A stretch of 63,695 bases of DNA from Candidatus Bathyarchaeota archaeon (GTDB taxonomy: Archaea > Thermoproteota > Bathyarchaeia > Bathyarchaeales > Bathycorpusculaceae): the NCBI GenBank assembly GCA_963827165.1, contig CAWGZR010000013.1, positions 1 to 63,695 on the forward strand, in the 5' to 3' direction. Positions 29,225 through 38,818 of this stretch are shown here, piece by piece. A model generated the notes under the pieces. The model was given only the letters and a program-made list of their open reading frames with translations. It had not been told where the DNA came from and did not search any database. The stretch's first letter is position 1. Each line of letters starts with the position of its first letter. The translations under genes were made by a program, and so were the position numbers.

Positions 29225-30601
29225 ATGAGCAGTATACATAAGAGTTTCACTTTGGCTCTAACTCTTCTTTTCCTATTATGTTTAGTTACCCTACCAACTG
29301 CAAACGTAAAAGCCACTCCTACAACCATAACTGTCCCAACAAGTTACCCAACGATTTCCGAAGCCATAGGAAATGCAACCAACGGCGAAACCATACTTAT
29401 CAAAAGCGGAACCTACACCGAACAAACCATAGAAATAAACAAATCACTCACGATTATGCCTGAAAAGAACAACCGAGTTACAATTGATTTTCACCCACCT
29501 CAAAAACCAGAAAACATCTTAGGCGGAACCATTATGGTCTACGACAACCCCATCACAATTGAAGCTAACAATGTTAAACTATCGGGGTTCACAATCAAAA
29601 GCGATGGCGGAGACATCTCAGCGAACGGAAATCAAATTCAACTAATAAACAACACAATAGGAAACGAAACAACACCGATAGACCTCCAGTTAAATGGAGA
29701 TGGAACCCAAATAATAAGCAATACAATAGCGGGCCACAATCAATTAACTCTTACAGGCTCTAACCAAACCGTCGCCGACAATTACTTAGGCAGTCTAACA
29801 ATCTCAGGATCTGCCAACTTCATTACAGAAAACACTGGGGGAAGTATAATGCTGGCGGGCACCAGAAATGTTGTTAGCGGAAATTCTCTCAATATTAACA
29901 ATTACGATAGTGGCTATGGAATCGAATTAAATGGTGACTATAATTTTATCAGCAATAATAATGAGGTTGGTAATGGTGCAGGAATCGCTGTTGGTTATGC
30001 GATAAATACGGGCGGTTCCTATAATATTTTCGCTGGAAACACGGTGGAGGAAGCAGGTTTATGGGGAATCTTGATGGGCAGCGGGTCTTACAACGTATTT
30101 TATGGGAATTTAGTTGCCAACTGTGGCGGATTAGGTCATGATGGTTATGGTTTAGCTCTTGGCGAAGAAAATGTTGAATCAGCAACGAATAACCTTTTCT
30201 TCGGCAATATATTTGTGAATAATTCCAAGAATTTTGGGGAAAATTGGCAAACCCTTGGTTCTAATTCTTTCGACAACGGCAAAGCAGGAAATTATTGGGA
30301 TGATTACTCAACGCAGCACCCTAATGCCTCCGAAGTAGACAATTCTGGAGTGGGAAACACCCCTTACTTGGTCTACAGCAATGTCACGGATAATTACCCT
30401 CTAATGAAGGAGCCCAACGTTTCTGATGCGGTTCCGGCTTTGCCAAGTCCTTGGTCATCACTTTTATCTTCTATTGCAGTACCTTCATCAACACCTTCCG
30501 TTCCGGAGTTTTCAATGTTAGTGATTGTGCCTGTGCTTCTTTCAGTATTCTTAATTGCTGTGGCGTTTAGGAATCGAAGAACCGCTGACTTGAAGCAATG
30601 A
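29225..30601 (+). CDS. NosD/CASH beta-helix surface protein with PEF-CTERM-like tail
   Basis: 'ITVPTSYPTISEAI.NA..G.TI.IKSGTY', GNYWDDY, DNYPLM, VPEF + TM. Confidence 0.9.
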   Translation: MSSIHKSFTLALTLLFLLCLVTLPTANVKATPTTITVPTSYPTISEAIGNATNGETILIKSGTYTEQTIEINKSLTIMPEKNNRVTIDFHPPQKPENILGGTIMVYDNPITIEANNVKLSGFTIKSDGGDISANGNQIQLINNTIGNETTPIDLQLNGDGTQIISNTIAGHNQLTLTGSNQTVADNYLGSLTISGSANFITENTGGSIMLAGTRNVVSGNSLNINNYDSGYGIELNGDYNFISNNNEVGNGAGIAVGYAINTGGSYNIFAGNTVEEAGLWGILMGSGSYNVFYGNLVANCGGLGHDGYGLALGEENVESATNNLFFGNIFVNNSKNFGENWQTLGSNSFDNGKAGNYWDDYSTQHPNASEVDNSGVGNTPYLVYSNVTDNYPLMKEPNVSDAVPALPSPWSSLLSSIAVPSSTPSVPEFSMLVIVPVLLSVFLIAVAFRNRRTADLKQ

Positions 30602-30710
30602 CCTTTTTTTCCACGGTTAGGGTACCCACCGCGATATAGTCAAAAACTCATTATGCTAAGCCTGTTCTAAAAAGTAGTTTTATTACCCTATAACCCTACT
30701 GCTATCAAGA

Positions 30711-31355
30711 ATGCATATCAAGAGTGCGATAACAATGAGCATGGATGTCAAGAGCAAAACTTTGGCTTTAATACTAACATTAATTGTCGCTTTGTCATTT
30801 CTGACTTTAACGGTAAAACCTGCAATTGCTCAAAATAATACAAACCCATCTGTTTCCATCTTGTATCCTACGGACGGCACTGTTTTCAACGTAAGTATTG
30901 AGGGCGCTACCTTCCAGTTGCTTTACCGAACCAATGATACGCTTTCGTGGGCTGGGTATAGCATTGATGGAGGCGCTAATGTAACTTGCACTGGAAACAC
31001 CACTGATTATAACGCATTTATTAACGATAGCTACCAATTCGATTTCGGACATCCAACTTTGACTCTCTATGCGAATGATACCGCAGGCAATTGGGCTATC
31101 CCACAGACAGTTACCTACACAGTTTACTTTTATCCAGATACCTACCCTGCACCTTCTTCTGCTTCCCCAACACCGACATCAGCCACAAATCAAACAGCAA
31201 TTCCAAATTCTGTTGACCCAACCTCAACGCCCACCGTTCCAGAAATACCTTATTGCATAGTTATGTTTGTTCCATTAATCCTTGTTGCAGTAGTGATGTC
31301 TCTTCAAAAGCGTTTTGGGGGGTCAAATTCCTCATCATTTTCAAAAAAGCGATAG
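30711..31355 (+). CDS. Ig-like surface protein with PEF-CTERM-like tail
   Basis: Signal peptide, 'WAGYSIDG', 'YANDTAGN', VPEI + TM. Confidence 0.8.
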   Translation: MHIKSAITMSMDVKSKTLALILTLIVALSFLTLTVKPAIAQNNTNPSVSILYPTDGTVFNVSIEGATFQLLYRTNDTLSWAGYSIDGGANVTCTGNTTDYNAFINDSYQFDFGHPTLTLYANDTAGNWAIPQTVTYTVYFYPDTYPAPSSASPTPTSATNQTAIPNSVDPTSTPTVPEIPYCIVMFVPLILVAVVMSLQKRFGGSNSSSFSKKR

Positions 31356-31389
31356 CGCCGAAGGCGCTTAAAGGGTATCCTGAGTTTTT

Positions 31390-31665
31390 TTAGAAAAGGG
31401 CAAGAGGGTTCTTAACCTTGTGGCAATAACAGCAAATTAGAAGTGTCTCGCCGTCGTTGGTTTCTATTTCATATTGTGATTTCTTAGAGCAGTTAGGGCA
31501 TGGTTCGCCTCTGTGGGTTTTTCGTGGTGGTTCTCTTCGTACTTGGCTGGGTTGCATAGGAAAACCACAGTTTGAGCATCTTATGTCTCTTTCTCCGTCA
31601 CCAAAGACTATTAGTCTTGGCGTTCCCTTTCCACACGATGGGCAGTAGACAGTTTTTGAGTCCAT
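31390..31665 (-). CDS. Multi-zinc-ribbon hypothetical protein
   Basis: Four CxxC pairs. Confidence 0.6.
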   Translation of the reverse strand: MDSKTVYCPSCGKGTPRLIVFGDGERDIRCSNCGFPMQPSQVRREPPRKTHRGEPCPNCSKKSQYEIETNDGETLLICCYCHKVKNPLALF

Positions 31666-31974
31666 AAATCAAGGGATAAGCGGCAAGTGTTTTTAAGGGT
31701 TATTTCTTTTCGCTCTCTTGTCTGAGGTTAGAAATCGAAAGTTATTTAGCTTCTGACAGTGTAACAACAAATTGATAGTTATGTCGCATGGTGAAAGAGA
31801 AGCGGTATGCCCTGAGTGCGGCTCCCCCTTAGTTGTCTCCGTAGAAAAAACCCAAAAGACGGGAAAACTGCAAGTTAAGTATGCTATCACATATATCCAA
31901 GGAACCGGAATATGCAATAGGTGACTTTTGCCGTTATCATTACCGATATAATTAATTTTCATTTTTTTTACCTT

Positions 31975-32499
31975 TCAATTTGTTGCTGGTTCTACTTTTG
32001 AGACGTACTCTGTTTGTATTCGAAGATAGGCGCCCAAGCACACAAAAAAGGCAACGCCGAGAACAATAGTCTCCTCAAACAGAACCATATCTTTTAGCTG
32101 GTAAAACGCTGTTGCTGAACTTAGAACCAGTAGGGCAGCGAACGCGACAAAAAGACCTTTCAAGATCGTTTCAGCATGCTCGAGATAATTCGCAGCCTTC
32201 CTGTTCGCTTTTAAGTCTGCAACCTTTTCTACGGTTTGTACACTCAGCAAAGCGTCTTTTCCTTGATCTGAAAGACAGTACTTGCCGTATTCATCGGTTT
32301 TTACCAAGCCGTCAAGCTTGTTTAAGTGATGCAAAAGGTGACCACTGCTTTCTATTCCTGTTTTCTTTTTTAGCTCAGCAAAGCCCGCTGGGCCTTCGCT
32401 TAAAGCCTTTAAGATAATTACTCGTGTAGGATGCCCTAATGCATCGAAAACTTCCGCTTGCTGCATGTCTTTTTCTGTAGCGTCATTATTGTTTGTCAA
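31975..32499 (-). CDS. ArsR-like wHTH protein with two C-terminal TMs (cargo)
   Basis: FDALGHPTRV.IL, GFAELKK, HHLNKL. Confidence 0.85.
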   Translation of the reverse strand: MTNNNDATEKDMQQAEVFDALGHPTRVIILKALSEGPAGFAELKKKTGIESSGHLLHHLNKLDGLVKTDEYGKYCLSDQGKDALLSVQTVEKVADLKANRKAANYLEHAETILKGLFVAFAALLVLSSATAFYQLKDMVLFEETIVLGVAFFVCLGAYLRIQTEYVSKVEPATN

Positions 32500-32609
32500 T
32501 TGGATGCCTCAAAGATAGCATAGTTACATTTTTCTTATTTAATCCTCGTTTGTAGACCAACGACCTTTTTAGAAATACTTTGGATTTATTGAAAAAATAA
32601 GGAAAAAGC

Positions 32610-32840
32610 TTAGAATGAGCCTGGGTTATAGTCTGGGCTTCGCCGCTAATGTCGTTTGCAATAGTTCCTTTCTGCCCGTTCTTTAAGCTGTAAGCAGTTA
32701 AGATAACGTTGTTGTAGGTGATTTTTGGGTTTCCTGTGGTTGTTCCTTGTGGTCCCCAAATTACTGTTACGACCGTGCCGTTTAGAACGTCATTTAGTAA
32801 TGCCGCATAGTTTGCTGGAACATAAAGCGCCAAAGCTTTG
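32610..32840 (-). pseudogene. 3'-half fragment of the tail tube gene (third copy)
   Basis: KALALYVPANYAALLNDVLNGTVVTVIWGPQG...ISGEAQT; paralogous to about 3121-3359. Confidence 0.9.
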
Positions 32841-32919
32841 AGCGTTTTTGTTCCTGATTCTCTGAAAATCAAAAAGAAAGGGAAAAATTAGATTTTCCCA
32901 TTTTTCTCGCGGTTTTCGT

Positions 32920-34125
32920 CTATGCCGTTTGCGAAGATTTTTTAACCTTTTTCCTGCCAATAGCAGCCACAGCTAAAGTAATAGCCGCCATTGCCGCGAT
33001 TGAAACGATTGCTGCATTGCTGAACTCCGGTACCTTTGGTGTGGGCGAGGCAGATGTTGTAGAGGTTCCAGAGGGGGCGGAGGTTGGAGTTGCGGATGCG
33101 GATGTGCTGGCGGAATCTGATATGACGGCAAGCACGCTGTTGTAAGTGCCTACAAATGTTTCTCCCTTGCCCGAATCATAAGCCATTCCTTCTGCGGCTA
33201 AGCCGCTGCCTAAGGAGACATATGAAACCACGGCGTTACTGCTGTCCGATATGACTTGGAGGGTGCCTCCTGGACATGCTACAAATACTTCGCCTTTGGC
33301 GGGGTCATAAGCCACAGCGGTGGGGTTTCCAGCTGCATCGTCTGCCAGCGACATATCTACGGTTGTAACTACGGCATTGTTCTTGTCATTTATAACGGAG
33401 AAAGAAGCGGCATCCCAATCTGCCACGAACATCTCGTCCTTGGCAGAGTCAAAGGCTATGCCTTCAGGAGCGCTAATCGAACCCGTTATGGTCGCAACCA
33501 CTTGGTTATTGCTATCCGATATGACTGAAACAGAGCTGTCTTCCTCATTGGTTACGAAGACCTCGTTTTTTGCGGAATCATAGGCTACTCCCCACGGAGT
33601 GTTTCCCACGGGGACTGTTGCAACTATAGTGTTTGAGCTGTCAGATATGACGGAAATGGCGTTGCCATCAACTACGAATATTTCTCCTTTGTTGGAGTCA
33701 TAAGCTATGCCCGTCTGGGCGGCCCCTTCTAGCATTATAGTTGCAACGACGGTGTTTGAGCTGTCTTGTATGACTGAAACAGTACTGTTGAGGCCGGAGG
33801 AGGCGGGGTTTTCATCATTAATTACGAACATTTCTCCTTTCCCTGCATCATAAGCTATGTCTACGGGATCGACTCCCACGGTCACGGTTGCAACGACGGT
33901 GTTTGAGCTGTCCGAAATTACTGAGACTGTGTTGGCTGATTCTCCGTTAGTCGAGTATATCTCTCCTAAGATAGAATCATAAGCTAAGTATTCACCAACT
34001 CCCCCACTAGGTACGGTGGGTGGTGTTGGAAGTTGCGTGACAGCGGCATGAACCATGCTGAGTGTCGATAATGCAAATATCGCAATAATTATTAAACTAA
34101 AAATTCTCCAAACTTTAACTTTCGT
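32920..34125 (-). CDS. YVTN beta-propeller surface protein with PEF-CTERM-like tail (probable ACG start at 34125)
   Basis: 'AYDS.K.E.FV' repeats; signal peptide homologous to the 5765 gene extends upstream of the ORF-track start; VPEF + TM. Confidence 0.85.
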   Translation of the reverse strand, partial: TKVKVWRIFSLIIIAIFALSTLSMVHAAVTQLPTPPTVPSGGVGEYLAYDSILGEIYSTNGESANTVSVISDSSNTVVATVTVGVDPVDIAYDAGKGEMFVINDENPASSGLNSTVSVIQDSSNTVVATIMLEGAAQTGIAYDSNKGEIFVVDGNAISVISDSSNTIVATVPVGNTPWGVAYDSAKNEVFVTNEEDSSVSVISDSNNQVVATITGSISAPEGIAFDSAKDEMFVADWDAASFSVINDKNNAVVTTVDMSLADDAAGNPTAVAYDPAKGEVFVACPGGTLQVISDSSNAVVSYVSLGSGLAAEGMAYDSGKGETFVGTYNSVLAVISDSASTSASATPTSAPSGTSTTSASPTPKVPEFSNAAIVSIAAMAAITLAVAAIGRKKVKKSSQTA

Positions 34126-34371
34126 AAATATTCCTCAACCCTTTCCTTTTCCAAAAAGGGATTCCCTAACGAATTTAAAGATATCGATAGGTCACTTGAT
34201 TCTATTCAGCTAATTCGCGATTTTATTGCAGATGCAAATTTTTTATATAAAATGGAGTGACTTAAGATACTTACATTTAATTAGAGTACATTTGATGCCA
34301 ACTTACGCATAGAAAATAGCCCTTAAATGCAACGCTCATAAAAAACTTGAAAATGGAAAATAATAATATAT

Positions 34372-34791
34372 TTAGAATGTTCCTGTGGTTACGGTCTATG
34401 CTTCACCGCTAATATCATTTGCTATGGTGCTTTTCTGACCGTTCTTTACGCTGTAAGCTGTCAAAACCACGTTGCTTAACGTGATTTTTGGAGTTCCTGA
34501 TCCTGTGGTCGTGCCCTGTGGACCCCAAATAATGTCACTAATGAGCCGTTGAGAACATCTGTTAGTAATGCTGCATAGTTTGCTGGAACGTAAAGCGCTG
34601 AAGCTTTGAACGTGTAGGATTGGTTGCCGCTTGCCGTGAAAGCTGGCGATGGAGACCCGCCTGATGTGCAAACGTATTCCTTAATCATCTCTGCTTTGAC
34701 ATCCATTGTGAAGTCAGTTAGAAAGCCGATTGCCGCTCCTCCTACCTGGACAACTGCGTTCCTGCTTAGAACTGGTAGTTGCTAAACTCAT
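34372..34791 (-). pseudogene. Tail tube gene, second full-length copy (two indels and a premature TAG)
   Basis: Aligns end to end with 2938-3359; TAG replaces the Gln codon after SGEA. Confidence 0.9.
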
Positions 34792-34830
34792 ATTTTTCAC
34801 CTCGATTACAAATGGTTACTTTTAAAACCG

Positions 34831-35202
34831 TTAACCTTTCAGTAAATCTTGGATTTGTTGCTCAATCTCGGGCGCTAATTCGCCAAGATGCTGATTGACT
34901 GAGTTAGTGAGGAAAAGCCTCGCCGACATTTTCCTTGTGCCAAACTCCACATAATACGCATAGGGAGCTGTCGCTTTGACCTTAATTTGAAATTTGCTTG
35001 GCTGCTCGATTGCAATGGTGCTTTTCAAATAGCCTGTTCTGACTGGAACTAGCGTGTTTGCCGTCGCTAAGATGTTCCGGGCGACATTCATCATAGCTTG
35101 CCCAACCGCCTCGGGATATTGCTTGCAGAGACACTCGAAGGAGCCGCTCAATGCATCGAAGGTTGAAAGATTAACTGAAATCTTGACACTCATCAAAATC
35201 AC
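34831..35202 (-). CDS. HK97 gp10 family protein, second copy
   Basis: Near-identical to 2537-2899 (PVRTGYLKSTI, YVEFGT). Confidence 0.9.
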   Translation of the reverse strand: MILMSVKISVNLSTFDALSGSFECLCKQYPEAVGQAMMNVARNILATANTLVPVRTGYLKSTIAIEQPSKFQIKVKATAPYAYYVEFGTRKMSARLFLTNSVNQHLGELAPEIEQQIQDLLKG

Positions 35203-35249
35203 TCGGTTGTCATGTTTTATATGCGAGATGGGACAATAGGCAAGAAGGG

Positions 35250-35642
35250 ATGCCTTTGAAATCTACTGATGAGCAGCTGAGCGTTAACATGAAAACTGCT
35301 ATAGGCTTGCTTGAGCTTTTTGTTATAGCGATTGTTCTGGCTTTCGTTGCTACTGTTACAACGGGAACGATGGTGATGCAGGTTCTCGCAGCGGGCTTAA
35401 TTACGCCGATAGTTGTTGTCGCCCTGGTTTTCATTTATTATTGTCGAAGAAGGAAAATTTGGAGTTACGCCGGAGCAACGGTTTTAGGTGCTTTGGGCGT
35501 CGTGCTCCGAGTGATAGTGAGTACTCAACCGAGTCTTGAGGTAGGCGGAGGTCTCCCAGTTGGAGTGACTGTGCTCTACATTGTTATAGGGTCGCTTGTT
35601 TCGCTGAAAAGCTATGAATCAGTACTAGAATTAAAGAAATAA
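35250..35642 (+). CDS. Four-TM membrane protein (cargo)
   Basis: Four hydrophobic segments. Confidence 0.75.
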   Translation: MPLKSTDEQLSVNMKTAIGLLELFVIAIVLAFVATVTTGTMVMQVLAAGLITPIVVVALVFIYYCRRRKIWSYAGATVLGALGVVLRVIVSTQPSLEVGGGLPVGVTVLYIVIGSLVSLKSYESVLELKK

Positions 35643-35653
35643 CTGCTTCAGAA

Positions 35654-35676
35654 TTAAGCTATTTTCGTTACTCTAT
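35654..35676 (-). repeat. Exact 23-bp copy of the 3' end of the 39-aa viral gene (2478-2500)
   Basis: Reverse complement reads ATAGAGTAACGAAAATAGCTTAA. Confidence 0.85.
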
Positions 35677-35791
35677 CGCTCGTGAACTTTAATACTGATT
35701 TCCTTCACATCGATCCAGCTGCCGTTGGATCCGCGCGGGAGGCTCAGCACGTTTAAATAACCAGCCCGAAAGATAGACCAAGGCATGAAAT

Positions 35792-36328
35792 ATGAGAAAG
35801 CGCATGGTAACGATTGGTGTAGTTTTATTAATCGTAGGAATTGCATTTCTTGTATCCGGAGTGATTGGTCTTCGAGGATCCACAAATACAGTAAAAGTTT
35901 TTAATCAGCCGAACCCGGGCGAATATGTTTCTAGTGAGATTCTCTTAAACTCATCTTCAACGATCATTGTAAGATCTCCTCCAAGTGTCGGGGGATTAAT
36001 TCCTGCTCTATACATAAATTTGGTTAATTCAACTAACATAGTCACCTATGAAGCAGAGTTTCCTACAGCGGTGGCAGGAGCCGTTGAGTACAATTCAATA
36101 CAGGGCAACTATTACTACGTAATCTTTTCCTCAACTCAACCCAACACAAGATTAGCAATTACGGGGTCACTTGGAACAACAGCTGCATTAGGGTTACTAA
36201 CGCTTGCAGGCATAGTCTTCATCATTATTGGAATTATCCTTGCACTTTTAGGAGCATTCCGAAAGCCCAAAGGCCAACGGAAAAAAGATGAATACGAATA
36301 CAAATATCCTGAGCCAGTCAAAACATAA
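35792..36328 (+). CDS. Membrane protein with N- and C-terminal TMs (cargo)
   Basis: Two TMs flanking a beta-rich domain. Confidence 0.75.
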   Translation: MRKRMVTIGVVLLIVGIAFLVSGVIGLRGSTNTVKVFNQPNPGEYVSSEILLNSSSTIIVRSPPSVGGLIPALYINLVNSTNIVTYEAEFPTAVAGAVEYNSIQGNYYYVIFSSTQPNTRLAITGSLGTTAALGLLTLAGIVFIIIGIILALLGAFRKPKGQRKKDEYEYKYPEPVKT

Positions 36329-36337
36329 ACCAATTTT

Positions 36338-36410
36338 CTAAGCTATTTTCATTACTCTGTGCCCCACAAGCACCTGAGAACCGTTCTTTGTAAGTCACAA
36401 TCCAAGAGCT
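36338..36410 (-). pseudogene. About 73-bp 3' fragment of the 39-aa viral gene
   Basis: Reverse complement AGCTCTTGGATTGTGACTTACAAAGAACGGTTCTCAGGTGCTTGTGGGGCACAGAGTAATGAAAATAGCTTAG aligns with 2429-2500. Confidence 0.85.
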
Positions 36411-36621
36411 ACGGATACGCTTGCTGAAAGAACGAGGAATGAAAATTCTACCATTTGACGAGCTTCATGCCCTGAAAACAGGTAGCCTGCTGCTCTCCCA
36501 TCGAAATATACCCCTTGTTGACGCCATAATCGCGTCCTATGTGAAGACAGGAGATGCAGAATATGTGTTGACTGATGACCCACACTTTAAGACATTGAGC
36601 GTCAAAACAAAATGGCTTTAG
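36400..36621 (+). pseudogene. PIN/VapC toxin C-terminal fragment
   Basis: DAIIAS...VLTDDPHFKT, similar to the C-terminus of 42758..43141. Confidence 0.75.
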
Positions 36622-36984
36622 ATTATCTCTTTGCTTTCGGTTTATGAGAATATTTGATTCTTTTAACTTTCTTTGCCGAGGAAAAACGCAAATGAGAAAG
36701 CGAATGAGTTCTGATTGGAGTCGAGATTGCCGGCAAGATACCGCTCGTCAGCCTTTTTAGCATTTATGGAAACTATATGGTCTGTTCGAATTGAACACGA
36801 GCAAAATGGCGTCTCAGCATTGCAGTAAGTTAATTTGGGTACATTGATCTTCATGGGAGGACAAGAATATAATGGACTTACTCATTTAAACTGAACGACA
36901 AAAGATTTCTAAGAAATCTTGAGTGGATTGGGGAGTTCTGGTTTTCTGTTTCTTAGCCACCGGTTCGGCTGCCGTGGTGCTCTA

Positions 36985-37419
36985 TTATAGTTTTAGGAAT
37001 TGAAAATACTCAGTATCCAATCCCGCGGGGGTTAACCCAAGCTTCTTGGCAATCCGATAACTTGCAGACTCAATTTCACGCCATGGCATGCAAGCAGCCT
37101 GCACCAAAGTGGGTATATCCACAAATGGCTGCTTGGCCAAGGATCTGTGGAAGGCATCCTCCAACGTCTTGTCTAAGAAGTCAAAACCCGCTAGAGCATA
37201 CATGCCATCCACTTCCAGAAGGATGTTTTTCTCTTTAAGGAAACTGGTCATCCTGTAAAAGGTGCTGCCTTTAACCCCGGTGGCTGCCTCAAGCTCCTTT
37301 TTAGTTTTAGGTTGCCCTTTATAGAGAGCCCACAGGATTTTAGCGTCGCTGCTTAACTTGATCTTTCTGTAAATTCCACTCTGGATTTTTCTCCCCGGTT
37401 TACCATCCGCATTACTCAT
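36985..37419 (-). CDS. wHTH transcriptional regulator divergent from the packaging operon
   Basis: 'KILWAL...KTKKELEAATGVKGSTFYR...L.EK.IL'; GGAGG site. Confidence 0.7.
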   Translation of the reverse strand: MSNADGKPGRKIQSGIYRKIKLSSDAKILWALYKGQPKTKKELEAATGVKGSTFYRMTSFLKEKNILLEVDGMYALAGFDFLDKTLEDAFHRSLAKQPFVDIPTLVQAACMPWREIESASYRIAKKLGLTPAGLDTEYFQFLKL

Positions 37420-37441
37420 AAGTTAACCTCCAAGCCGGCAC

Positions 37442-37487
37442 TGTCAAAACTGACATTCTTGTGCATGTTAAAATGTCAACTTTGACA
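37442..37487. promoter_or_regulatory. Two TGTCA-N4-TGACA operator-like palindromes
   Basis: TGTCAAAACTGACA (37442-37455) and TGTCAACTTTGACA (37474-37487), 32 bp apart, between divergent genes. Confidence 0.7.
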
Positions 37488-37534
37488 CTTAAAGTTTAGC
37501 TACTTTCCCAAGCATAACCTATGTTAAACCTAAG

Positions 37535-37951
37535 GTGAAAAACCTGAACATAGACCTCTTAAAGCGCCGCGTAGAAATGCTCGACAGCGTTTGCAAAGGC
37601 TTCCATCCCTCTTCAGTAATAAGCCAACTTGCCGAGAAATACCATGTTTCCGCGAGGTGCCTATGGTGCGATTGGGAACGCCGAAGAAAATGGGTGCCCA
37701 CACTTCTAAACCTAGAAAACTACGGTGAGTTCGCGCAGGAAATAGAGACAAAACTTAACGCTGTCCAGAAAGCTGCCTGGAGCACCTACCTTCGAACGGA
37801 AAATGACAACGCACGAGTGGGCGCTTTAAAAGTCATCCTAGAAAGCCTCGAAATCCATAGCAACGCAGTACTGTCAAAAGAAGTTATGTCTCGGCTCAGA
37901 GAGGTCGAAGAACTGGCAGGTAAGAAAACAAAGGAGATTGAAAAGGCTTGA
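37535..37951 (+). CDS. Putative terminase small subunit
   Basis: N-terminal HTH-like segment plus helical C-terminus; first gene of the operon ending in TerL; positional inference. Confidence 0.5.
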   Translation: MKNLNIDLLKRRVEMLDSVCKGFHPSSVISQLAEKYHVSARCLWCDWERRRKWVPTLLNLENYGEFAQEIETKLNAVQKAAWSTYLRTENDNARVGALKVILESLEIHSNAVLSKEVMSRLREVEELAGKKTKEIEKA

Positions 37952-38236
37952 ACACGGACAAAATCATGAAGCGTTTGGAGACTGCCGAGAAAAAGCTAGT
38001 CTCAAACATGGAGAAGTTTGTTGTTAGGGATTTTGGCGGCGTCTACTTTGGCGATTGCGGCGTTGGACTTTCGCAGAAGCAGTTTGACGCATGGGTTGAA
38101 TCGCCAAGAGCCAACGGTTAAGGTCACGGTCATAGAGTACAGGGTAGATGACGCCGCCGGGGATGGCGATGCTGCCTCAAGTGGCCGTTCTGCCTGCTTT
38201 GAAATAGAACAAAAGTCAGTTCGAATGGAGGAGTAA
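37948..38236 (+). CDS. Viral hypothetical protein, probably frameshifted near 38100
   Basis: TTG start overlaps the upstream stop (MNTDKIMKRLE...) and probably continues in the 38018..38236 frame. Confidence 0.4.
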
Positions 38237-38238
38237 AT

Positions 38239-38805
38239 ATGAGCGAAAAGAAAACAACAATAAAGGTTCCCGACGCCTATCTGCCACTTCTGGAAGACCT
38301 CAGGTTTCTTAGAAGCGACGAAAATAACCCAAACAAAATGACCATAAAACAGAAGGAGCAAATTTGGAGCAGCCTGCAAAGATTCGGCTGGACCTACCCG
38401 ATTATAACCAACAAAGACGGCGTTTTTGCGGATGGAGAGCAACGTGCCAGCGTCAGTACTGAGCACGGTGAGTTTTTTGCGCCAGTCTTGCGTCTGCCAG
38501 TTTCTGACGTTGACAGAAGGATGCTGCGGCAAATACTAAACAAACTAAAGGGCAAGCATAACAAGCAGCTTGACGGCGCTGAGTACATGCGCATTGCAGC
38601 TGCCGGCGAGAAAGATTTTCTAAAAGCCCTACTGGAATCTGTCGGTGAGAGGCTCCCCGAAGACACGGGTGGATTGTCTGATGGATCAAATATCATTCCT
38701 GAACTCTACGAGCTCATAATAGAATGCAAAGATGAGAGCCAACAGCACAGTTTCTTCGAGAAACTCAAGGGTGAAGGTTACAAAATAAGAGTTCTCAATT
38801 TGTAG
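38239..38805 (+). CDS. ParB-N domain protein of phage packaging regions
   Basis: NPNKM, SLQRFGW..PII, DGEQR; C-terminal 'LIIECKDE.QQ...FEKL..EGY'. Confidence 0.8.
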   Translation: MSEKKTTIKVPDAYLPLLEDLRFLRSDENNPNKMTIKQKEQIWSSLQRFGWTYPIITNKDGVFADGEQRASVSTEHGEFFAPVLRLPVSDVDRRMLRQILNKLKGKHNKQLDGAEYMRIAAAGEKDFLKALLESVGERLPEDTGGLSDGSNIIPELYELIIECKDESQQHSFFEKLKGEGYKIRVLNL

Positions 38806-38818
38806 GAGGCATCACCGT

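Noticed and set aside
31693-31962. 89-aa ORF
   Set aside because: Appears to be two abutting gene remnants on opposite strands, with no coherent product
32486-32872. 128-aa ORF as a real gene
   Set aside because: A chimera of a tail-tube 3' fragment with flanking non-coding sequence read through an indel
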